64,000 bases of DNA. Source: Anaerolineae bacterium (GTDB taxonomy: Bacteria > Chloroflexota > Anaerolineae > Epilineales > JAHCIE01). Each line of letters opens with the position of its first letter. The first letter of the stretch is position 1. The stretch is from the NCBI GenBank assembly GCA_039810085.1, contig JBDHWG010000002.1:96281-160280 (forward strand), read 5' to 3'. This document shows positions 54,609-61,121 of the stretch, piece by piece. The position numbers were made by a program, and so were the translations under genes. The notes under the pieces were generated by a model. The model saw only the letters and a program-made list of their open reading frames with translations, did not search any database and was not told where the DNA came from.

Positions 54609-55133
54609 TCAAAGATCAAGGGCTGGCAGACCATTCATGCCCAGGATTAACGAGACTTCGCTGCCATGATGCAGGTCGTGTTCCAGGACATGGTAAATCA
54701 CCCAGCTGCGCGAGACCTCATATACCTGACCGTCCCACTCATCCGGGAAGGTCATGGCGCAGTCGTCAGGTGTCCAGCGTTGTAAGCGGGCTTCAATGAA
54801 GGCCCAGGTCTCATCGAGGCCACGTACCAGTTCCGCCGCGGTGCGCCCCGGTGACTCACGTTGGCCCCAGAGCATATACTCGTTCATCGCCGCGTCGTCA
54901 TCCTGTAACGTACCACTAAACCACCCCGCTCTGACAGAAATGATGTGCTGCACAATCTGACCCAACGGCCACATGTGCGGGGCCGGTTGCAGCGAGAGTT
55001 GCTCATTCGTCAGCGGCGCGACGCAGTTGCGCAGCTTTTCTTGATAGCCGTGCCAGTTCTCATAGATCACATCCAATGTCGACGGGGTTTGATGTTGCAC
55101 CTGTTCCTCCCTGAGAATCAGTATTCTCATCAT
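54609..55133 (-). CDS. DinB_2/DUF664-like metal-dependent four-helix-bundle protein
   Basis: The spacing of His residues (HIISVRAGW...; HVLEHDLHHGSEV) is typical of the DinB/YfiT family. Confidence 0.6.
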   Translation of the reverse strand: MMRILILREEQVQHQTPSTLDVIYENWHGYQEKLRNCVAPLTNEQLSLQPAPHMWPLGQIVQHIISVRAGWFSGTLQDDDAAMNEYMLWGQRESPGRTAAELVRGLDETWAFIEARLQRWTPDDCAMTFPDEWDGQVYEVSRSWVIYHVLEHDLHHGSEVSLILGMNGLPALDL

Positions 55134-55175
55134 TGACTGTATGAGGGCAGTTTATGTTACGGGGTTCTGTCTCTG

Positions 55176-55748
55176 CTACTCGAATTTCTTCTCGCCAGCG
55201 CGGATGGCAGCGGTCAGGCGGTTCTCGGTGGGGGGAATGGGACACACCCACATCTCATTGTAGGCGCAGTAGGGGTTGTAGGCTTTGTTGAAGTCGATGC
55301 GAATGAGCGTCTTGCCGTCCTCTGTCCCCGCCCCTTCGACCTCGACGTAGCGCCCCGCGCCATAGGTCTCGCCGCCGCTCGTCGCATCGGTGAACGGCAG
55401 GAACAAGCTCTCGCCCGCCTCGTCCTGGAACAGGGTCAGCGCCTGCGGATCGCCGTCGATGGTGAAGCGCAGCTTGCCAATGCCGAAGAATTGCTGGACA
55501 TCGCCCTGGCTAGTGATGAGGGTCACTGGCCGCGCATCGGCAAACGGCTCGAACTCGGCGACCACGTCGTAGGCCGGGTCCTCCGGGTAATAGCCCAGGC
55601 CGGTGAACGTCTCCCGCTGCTCCGGCGTCAGCGGCGACATGTCGGTGTAGCGAAAAAAGTGGTCCTTTTCCGCCCGCAACTCATCAACTTCAGACATCGC
55701 ACCTCCCACATCCATTGAACTTCCAAACTTGTATGCGCCACCCGCCAA
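55176..55748 (-). CDS. DUF1684 family protein
   Basis: The conserved C-terminal block IDFNKAYNPYCAYNEMWVCPIPPTENRLTAAIRAGEKKF matches my memory of this family's signature. The probable start is the internal MSEVDEL. Confidence 0.6.
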   Translation of the reverse strand: MAGGAYKFGSSMDVGGAMSEVDELRAEKDHFFRYTDMSPLTPEQRETFTGLGYYPEDPAYDVVAEFEPFADARPVTLITSQGDVQQFFGIGKLRFTIDGDPQALTLFQDEAGESLFLPFTDATSGGETYGAGRYVEVEGAGTEDGKTLIRIDFNKAYNPYCAYNEMWVCPIPPTENRLTAAIRAGEKKFE

Positions 55749-55773
55749 AACTACCTAAGGAGCGAAGAACATA

Positions 55774-55923
55774 TGGATGACGTGAATACCAGAGATCCCA
55801 TTCCAGAGTTCGAGACGCTGGAGGAAATTGCCGAATTTTGGGATACCCATAGTACGGCGGATTATGACAACGTCACTCACAAAGTTCACTTCGAGGTACG
55901 GCTCGATCGAGCGAAGCCACTTT
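55774..55923 (+). CDS. Possible 49-aa BrnA/COG3514-like ribbon-helix-helix antitoxin (orphan)
   Basis: MDDVNTRDPIPEFETLEEIAEFWDTHSTADYDNVTHKVHFEVRLDRAKPL. The ...EFWDTH..TDY motif is characteristic of BrnA-type antitoxins. No BrnT partner was seen. It is below the ORF-track size cutoff. Confidence 0.3.
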
Positions 55924-56263
55924 AGTTCCGAATGAGCCTCAATGTAGGGTTGAGCACGCAAAGGATACGCCCCCAGGCAACGATAGTCGGCCCCTCTTGC
56001 ACAGTGAACCGCATCCCTTCGAACAACCGTCCTTGCTGAAGTTCTGGCGCGAGGAACCACATTTCTGCTCGCACAGTATCGCCCGGCGCAACTTGCTCTA
56101 CATCGAGATACCGATGCTTTGCACCGTTCAGTGTACCCGCGAGCTGCATGTCATGGTCCGGGTGATAGCCGGAATACACTGGGCTTTGCCTTCCACCCGC
56201 CTCTGTTGGTAGGAAGTGGATCTCAGCTTCGATATCCGGCGGTTTTTCCAAGCGGCCCATCAC
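55922..56263 (-). CDS. Hypothetical 113-aa protein
   Basis: ORF with plausible composition. Its start overlaps the stop of the vapC-like gene by 4 nt. Confidence 0.35.
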   Translation of the reverse strand: MMGRLEKPPDIEAEIHFLPTEAGGRQSPVYSGYHPDHDMQLAGTLNGAKHRYLDVEQVAPGDTVRAEMWFLAPELQQGRLFEGMRFTVQEGPTIVAWGRILCVLNPTLRLIRN

Positions 56264-56673
56264 GTTCCCAACAGATCCTCAGGCGTCAGGACACGCAGCC
56301 CTGTCACACGTCGGTAATGCTCGGGATTCCGCGTGAGCAATGGAATCCCTTCTGCCAGGCAGGTTCCAGCTATGAGCGTGTCGGGCAACCCAATACCAAT
56401 GCCTTGCGCAGCGAGATCTCGCCATACCTCAGCCGCCAAGGTAGCGGCTTGAGCGTCAAAAGGGAGAACCGTTATGACGGAGCTTAGTCGGCTGAGTAGT
56501 TGGTCTTGGCGCTCTGACCGAACGGTTATCGCTCTCAGTTCGTAGAGCGTCACCGCCGTGATTGCACACTCGAATTGGAGTAGAGCCTGTTCCAGTGTTG
56601 CTGTTCCACGCCGCAGGTAATCCACGATTATACTGGTGTCTACGACGACGCGCTGGATTGCCAAGTCTCCCAC
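56260..56673 (-). CDS. vapC: PIN-domain toxin (VapC-like)
   Basis: RVVVDTSIIVDYL (first catalytic Asp), ...TLYELRAITV..., later acidic residues. Its 5' end overlaps the AbrB-type antitoxin gene. Confidence 0.75.
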   Translation of the reverse strand: MGDLAIQRVVVDTSIIVDYLRRGTATLEQALLQFECAITAVTLYELRAITVRSERQDQLLSRLSSVITVLPFDAQAATLAAEVWRDLAAQGIGIGLPDTLIAGTCLAEGIPLLTRNPEHYRRVTGLRVLTPEDLLGT

Positions 56674-56906
56674 ATCTCCTTGCGCCCGCGCTCGAACACT
56701 TCTCCATCCTCATCGGACCAGATTCCACGTAGAGACCGTAGTACCTCCAACCGTCGTGCCCGCTCATTAGCCTCCGGCGCAGCCTCTTCGGTCTCAGTCA
56801 CGCGCCGAATCTCCACGGTGTCCCCCGGCTTCACACCAAGTTGTCGAAGAAGCTCTCGTGAGATAACCAGGTCCTCATCGTCGACTCTCTGAATGATGCT
56901 CTCCAT
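56640..56906 (-). CDS. vapB: AbrB/SpoVT-fold antitoxin (VapB-like)
   Basis: MESIIQRVDDEDLVISRELLRQLGVKPGDTVEIRRV is a swapped-hairpin AbrB motif with an acidic C-terminal tail. Start taken at the internal ATG 56906. Confidence 0.6.
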   Translation of the reverse strand: MESIIQRVDDEDLVISRELLRQLGVKPGDTVEIRRVTETEEAAPEANERARRLEVLRSLRGIWSDEDGEVFERGRKEMWETWQSSASS

Positions 56907-56931
56907 GACTCTCCCTCTACTATCAGCAGCA

Positions 56932-57387
56932 CTATCCCTGTACATGCCTGGGATCGGAAATTCTGGTTAGCCAGTTAATCCGCTCGAAGTCCATGTCAAA
57001 CGTCACAATAGCATCAATGCCAAGCTCGCGGCATCCTACAGCAATCAGGGCGTCGTGGAAGTTGAGCGTTCCGTTTGTCTGACGCACTAGATCGATCACT
57101 GCGGGGTAGAGCCGCCGAGTTTCGAGGGACAACCACGTAATCGTATCATCTGGAACGAAGCTCGCCAACTTATCGAGGAGTGGCATGAACTCGGATAACC
57201 GGCGCTGTTCCTCTGCTCGTCTCCCTAGCGCACTGATCGCTTCGTTCATCACGCAGTCGACATATACGAACCTGGCATCCTGAGCCTTGAGCGCAGCATG
57301 AAGAACATGAGCCTGGCGATGCCATTTGTCCCGTGTGTCCACAAGAGCGACGAGGACGTTCGTATCAATGACTACTTGTCTACTCAT
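56932..57387 (-). CDS. vapC: PIN-domain toxin (VapC-like), second copy
   Basis: MSRQVVIDTNVLVALVD...FHDALIAVGCRELGIDAIVTFDMDF. It overlaps the upstream antitoxin gene by 8 nt. The ORF 5' extension to 57498 is rejected. Confidence 0.75.
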   Translation of the reverse strand: MSRQVVIDTNVLVALVDTRDKWHRQAHVLHAALKAQDARFVYVDCVMNEAISALGRRAEEQRRLSEFMPLLDKLASFVPDDTITWLSLETRRLYPAVIDLVRQTNGTLNFHDALIAVGCRELGIDAIVTFDMDFERINWLTRISDPRHVQG

Positions 57388-57634
57388 CGTCGTACAAGCG
57401 TTCGGTGTCGACGACGGCGTCTCCCCCCCATGATACGATACCCACAAGAGGGTCAAGGTGTGAGGCCGGAACGCTCTTGACCTCGATACGCCTCTCATCC
57501 CGCGTGCGCGTCTGCTGGCGCTGCTTGAGGAACAGCGCGAAGTCTAGCACCTCGGCGAGTTGCTCGTCTGACAGATCATCCAGGACGCGGATGACGGCCT
57601 CTTTTGGGTCAATGTTTTGCGCTTGCATCGTCAC
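57380..57634 (-). CDS. DUF2281-type antitoxin partner of PIN toxin
   Basis: AVIRVLDDLSDEQLAEVLDFALFLKQRQ is the DUF2281 signature helix. Its position and 8-nt overlap with the PIN gene fit a toxin-antitoxin pair. Confidence 0.6.
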   Translation of the reverse strand: MTMQAQNIDPKEAVIRVLDDLSDEQLAEVLDFALFLKQRQQTRTRDERRIEVKSVPASHLDPLVGIVSWGGDAVVDTERLYDDE

Positions 57635-57689
57635 CTCCCACTAGCCAGCATTATACCCGGTATCCGCTTCACCATAACAAGGCGCATAG

Positions 57690-58448
57690 TTATGTCGAAG
57701 TCTCCTGGAGCAGCCCCTCGAAGCGGCGGACGGTGGTCGGCGAGTTGCCTTCGTACTTGTTGTTGACGAAGACGAATACCTCGGCGCTGTTCTCGCGTAG
57801 GTCAACCACCTCGTCGCGCCAGCGCAGCAAGTCCTGCGTGCGGTCGTGGACAATCTCGCCCATGTCACCGGGTATCTTGCGTCGGTCGCCGAGCAGACGA
57901 ATATACGCGAAGTCGGCGGTGCGGACCGTCATGCGCGGCATGTAGTACAGGTCGGACATGACGAAGGCGACGTTGCGCTCGCGGAGGGCGTTGTAGTAAC
58001 CGTCGTTTAGCCAACTCCGGTGCCGCACTTCGACGCCGTAGCGCAGATCGGTGGGGAGGCCGTCCAAGTAGTCGGTCAGGAGCGGCAACTGATCGCCGTG
58101 GAACGTATAGTCGAACTGGAGGACGAGCGGGCCGAGCTTCGGGCCGAGGATACGCATCGTTTCCAGGAACAGCCCGGTCTCTAGCTCACAGTCGGTCAAC
58201 CGCTTCTGGTGCGTAATGAGCTGTGGGAACTTGGGGCAGAAGAGGAAGCCCTCGGGCGTCTTGGCGTCCCAGCCCGAGACGACGCTCTCGCGCGGGATGG
58301 CGTAGAACGTGCTGTCGATCTCGACGGCGCGGAACTGCTTCGCGTACTCGGTGATGTAGTTGGCCGGCTTCGTGCCCGGCGGGTAGAAAGGCCCGACCCA
58401 CGAGTCGAACGCCCACGCCGTTGTCCCTAGCCAGATGTGTTCGTCCAA
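57690..58448 (-). CDS. DUF72 family protein (YecE-like)
   Basis: IWLGTTAWAFDSW matches the DUF72 N-terminal IGTSGW motif. The ORF 5' extension to 58691 is Arg/Cys-rich noise and overlaps the NUDIX gene. A TTG start is likely at ~58448. Confidence 0.55.
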   Translation of the reverse strand: MDEHIWLGTTAWAFDSWVGPFYPPGTKPANYITEYAKQFRAVEIDSTFYAIPRESVVSGWDAKTPEGFLFCPKFPQLITHQKRLTDCELETGLFLETMRILGPKLGPLVLQFDYTFHGDQLPLLTDYLDGLPTDLRYGVEVRHRSWLNDGYYNALRERNVAFVMSDLYYMPRMTVRTADFAYIRLLGDRRKIPGDMGEIVHDRTQDLLRWRDEVVDLRENSAEVFVFVNNKYEGNSPTTVRRFEGLLQETST

Positions 58449-58482
58449 TGCAAAATCCGCCTTTCCCTCAAGCGAGTCGCGC

Positions 58483-59148
58483 TTACGGTGATGACGAGCT
58501 GTGCGCCGCAGCCTCCAGAAGCGCCGTGAACTCGGCCAGCACCATCGCTGTCGCGCCCCACACCTTATGGCCCGCCAGGCGATAGAACGGCACGAGGGTC
58601 GGCATGCCGCGAATCTCCCAGGTCTCCTCCGCGCGAGTGTCCGCCGCGAATAAGACCGACAACGGGACTTCCAGCAGCTCGGCCACCTCACCCGAATCCG
58701 GCGCGAACGTCGGGCGGGCCGACAGATAGGCGACGACGGGGTGAATCAAGTAGTTGCTGGGCGGGATATAGAGCGGCGTCAACTCGCCCATGACAGTCAT
58801 CTGGTCGGTGACGATGCCCAATTCCTCGCGCGCCTCCCGCAACGCCGCATCTTCCGGTGTCTCCCCCGCCTTCAGGCCGCCGCCCGGCAGCGAGATCTGG
58901 CCGCGATGGGTCGCCAGGTCTTCCGTGCGTCGCGTAAGGACCATGTAAAGGCTGTCATCGAATGGGTAAAGCAGGATGAGGACGCCTGCCAGGCGTGGTG
59001 TGGCATCCTCCGGCGGCATGAGATTGCGGTGTCGTGGGGCCATGTGCATCCAAGCCTCGATGCCCGGACGTTGAAGGGTAAGCGCCTGCTGAATTTGCGC
59101 AATTGATACCACTGGGGTCATAATAGTCCTATCTTCTGCGTCAACCAT
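58483..59148 (-). CDS. NUDIX hydrolase (CoA pyrophosphatase/NudL-like)
   Basis: The Nudix box is GQISLPGGGLKAGETPEDAALREAREELGI. An alternative start is at 59121 (MTPVVS). Confidence 0.75.
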   Translation of the reverse strand: MVDAEDRTIMTPVVSIAQIQQALTLQRPGIEAWMHMAPRHRNLMPPEDATPRLAGVLILLYPFDDSLYMVLTRRTEDLATHRGQISLPGGGLKAGETPEDAALREAREELGIVTDQMTVMGELTPLYIPPSNYLIHPVVAYLSARPTFAPDSGEVAELLEVPLSVLFAADTRAEETWEIRGMPTLVPFYRLAGHKVWGATAMVLAEFTALLEAAAHSSSSP

Positions 59149-59219
59149 CCCTTATTATATACCTATCTCTTTGATCGGTCAGGGCCAGCGCGCGTGGCCT
59201 ACTACTAGAAGGAGACTAC

Positions 59220-59483
59220 ATGGCAAGGAAACCAGTTCAGTCTGATAAGCTCGAAACCGAAGGCGTCGTTATTGAGGCCCTTCCCAATGCCTCGTTCCGG
59301 GTTGCCCTGGACGGCGGGGTCGAGACGCTCGCCTATCTGGCGGGGCGTCTGCGCAAGAACAACATCCGCGTTCTGCTTGGCGACCGGGTTCGAGTGGAGC
59401 TGACGCCCTATGATCTCACCCGTGGACGCATCGTTTATCGCCTCAGCAATCGTCCTTCTCCCCAGAGTGATCGCCCGGCCTAA
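59220..59483 (+). CDS. infA: Translation initiation factor IF-1
   Basis: [61 protein letters not shown] is a near-canonical IF-1 S1-fold sequence. Confidence 0.9.
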   Translation: MARKPVQSDKLETEGVVIEALPNASFRVALDGGVETLAYLAGRLRKNNIRVLLGDRVRVELTPYDLTRGRIVYRLSNRPSPQSDRPA

Positions 59484-59676
59484 TCTTTCCTCCCTTCAGG
59501 GCGCGCCCATCGTTTCAAGCTTCGTGTATCATGTTGCGCTTCAACGCCGACGCGACGTGACACACGAGGCTTGAAGCCTTTCTTTAGGCTCCTGCCCGTT
59601 GTGCTCCAGGGGAGCCGATAAGCCTCTGGGAGCATAGTGAGCAGCATGGATGTAGTTTAAGGCGAGAGGAGAGTGT

Positions 59677-60072
59677 ATGATTGACCAACTGATGGCGCCG
59701 GATGTTGATCTGACCGATGCGGACCGCGAGACCATTGGACGCAAGGTCGCCAAGCTGGACAAGTTGCTCACTCACTGGGATGACGACACGGTGTGGATTC
59801 GTGTCGCCCTCCGCCAGGACCAGGCGCGGAACCGGACGGTTCACGCCCTGCTCAGCGTTGGAATCCCCGGTACGACCCTCGTCACCGAGGATACTGGCGA
59901 CTCCCCGACCGAGGCCGTCAGCCGTGCCGTCGATGAGATGGAGCGCGAGCTGCGCAAGCGCAAAACACGCTATGAGCAGAAACGGCGTGTGCCCGGTACT
60001 GGCCGCGCTCTGGCCGACGAAATGGCGAATGAGCCGGACGAAGAGGATTATGCTCCCCCGGCTGAGCCGTGA
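59677..60072 (+). CDS. hpf: Ribosome hibernation-promoting factor / RaiA (YfiA/HPF family), short form with acidic tail
   Basis: ...LTDADRETIGRKVAKLDKL..., then TEDTGDSPTEAVSRAVDEMERELRKRKTRYEQKRR, matches the conserved AID-x-AVDKLERQLRK-x-K C-terminal helix of HPF/RaiA. Confidence 0.7.
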   Translation: MIDQLMAPDVDLTDADRETIGRKVAKLDKLLTHWDDDTVWIRVALRQDQARNRTVHALLSVGIPGTTLVTEDTGDSPTEAVSRAVDEMERELRKRKTRYEQKRRVPGTGRALADEMANEPDEEDYAPPAEP

Positions 60073-60096
60073 TTAAATCACTCGCGTAAATATCGG

Positions 60097-60130
60097 GCGG
60101 AGGCCACGCGGCCTCCGCCTCATTTATTTC
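60097..60130. terminator. Rho-independent terminator hairpin between convergent hpf and methyltransferase genes
   Basis: GCGGAGGCC-acgc-GGCCTCCGC is followed by ctcatttatttcgg. The window comment names this 'cggaggccacgcggcctccgcctcatttattt'. Confidence 0.55.
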
Positions 60131-60969
60131 GGCTTCCCCTTTTCCCACCAGATAACCGCCGCCCACGCCTGGCGCGGGCGAATCAGCAGTTCGCCGCCAC
60201 GTTCTTCCACATCCGGCGCGAGCGCCGCGCGCAGCCGGCGGTCGCGCTCCGGCTCTGGCTCCAACCCAAGGCGCTTGCGGTAGAAGGTGACGAGCGCATC
60301 CCCGTCCGCGAACGCGAGCGTGGCGTGCGTCGGGACGAGCGTGACGTTGCACGGGATACCCTGCTCGAAAATGACCGCCGCCGCGTCCAGGTACGTCGGG
60401 CCTTGCGGCGGCTGCCAGTTGCGAAATGTCTTCCACAGGTTGGCAATCTGGCCGACGGGATGGGTGAGTGTCAGGTACAGCGCGACCAGCCGCTCGGCGG
60501 CCTGGTCCAGCGCGGCGACGAACGGCGCAAGCTCGGCGACATCGTAGGCAACGTTGGCGCAGAGGACGACCTGCGCCGACAATGTTGCAGGGCCAGGCCA
60601 GCGCTCGGCCACTAGCTCGACCGCCAGGCCGCGCGCCTTGGCGGCCCCACGCAGCACCTCGGCCATCGCAGGCGACGGTTCGACGGCCATGACACGCGCG
60701 CCTCGCGTCGCCAGAGGCAGGGCGAACCGGCCACCACCTGCTCCGACATCCAACACCGATATGCCTGGCGTTAGCCACGGGGCGAGAAATTGTAGAAACG
60801 GCTCCTCTCGCTCGCGCTGGCGGTCATTGAGGGCGCGGAAGCGGTCGGCGTGGGCGTGCCAGCCGTCGGATACAGGTTGTGGAAGAGGTTGGGATTCGGG
60901 AAGCGGAGCAGTCCAGCGCAGCAGGCTGTCGCGCCAGCGGGTTGCAGCGTCAGTGTTGGTCATAAGCAA
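60124..60969 (-). CDS. Class I SAM-dependent methyltransferase
   Basis: Motif I is VLDVGAGGGRFALPLA, followed by MAVEPS (motif II region). Confidence 0.75.
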   Translation of the reverse strand: MLMTNTDAATRWRDSLLRWTAPLPESQPLPQPVSDGWHAHADRFRALNDRQREREEPFLQFLAPWLTPGISVLDVGAGGGRFALPLATRGARVMAVEPSPAMAEVLRGAAKARGLAVELVAERWPGPATLSAQVVLCANVAYDVAELAPFVAALDQAAERLVALYLTLTHPVGQIANLWKTFRNWQPPQGPTYLDAAAVIFEQGIPCNVTLVPTHATLAFADGDALVTFYRKRLGLEPEPERDRRLRAALAPDVEERGGELLIRPRQAWAAVIWWEKGKPK

Positions 60970-61121
60970 GCTCTCAGTGATCGCACGCCGCCTGCCGCCC
61001 GTGGCAGCGCGGGTCAGTATAGTTTACCTCCAATCGCGGAAATGAGCATTGCGAGCGTCGCGCCCCCTCTTCACAGGGAAGAGAGCGCTGCCGACGCTCG
61101 CAATGTTAGCTTACGGGCGCG

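Noticed and set aside
52676-54634. Minus-strand ORFs 52676..53299, 53504..54097 and 54125..54634
   Set aside because: They are antisense to the polytopic glycosyltransferase gene.
55755-56060. 101-aa minus-strand ORF
   Set aside because: It overlaps both the BrnA-like frame and the 113-aa ORF. It has no SD and unconvincing composition.
57690-58691. Full 333-aa extent of the DUF72 ORF
   Set aside because: The first ~80 codons (MRWPSCWKSRCRSY...) are Arg/Cys/Trp-rich frame noise overlapping the NUDIX gene. The conserved DUF72 N-terminus (IWLGTTAW) begins near 58448, so only the 3' portion was kept.
59484-59676. Possible terminator or structured RNA between infA and hpf
   Set aside because: A 7-bp stem (GCTTCAA/TTGAAGC) with a 27-nt loop followed by CTTTCTTT is too weak to call. 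A second imperfect hairpin (GCTCCTG...CAGGGGAGC) is also inconclusive. It may be a 5' UTR of hpf.
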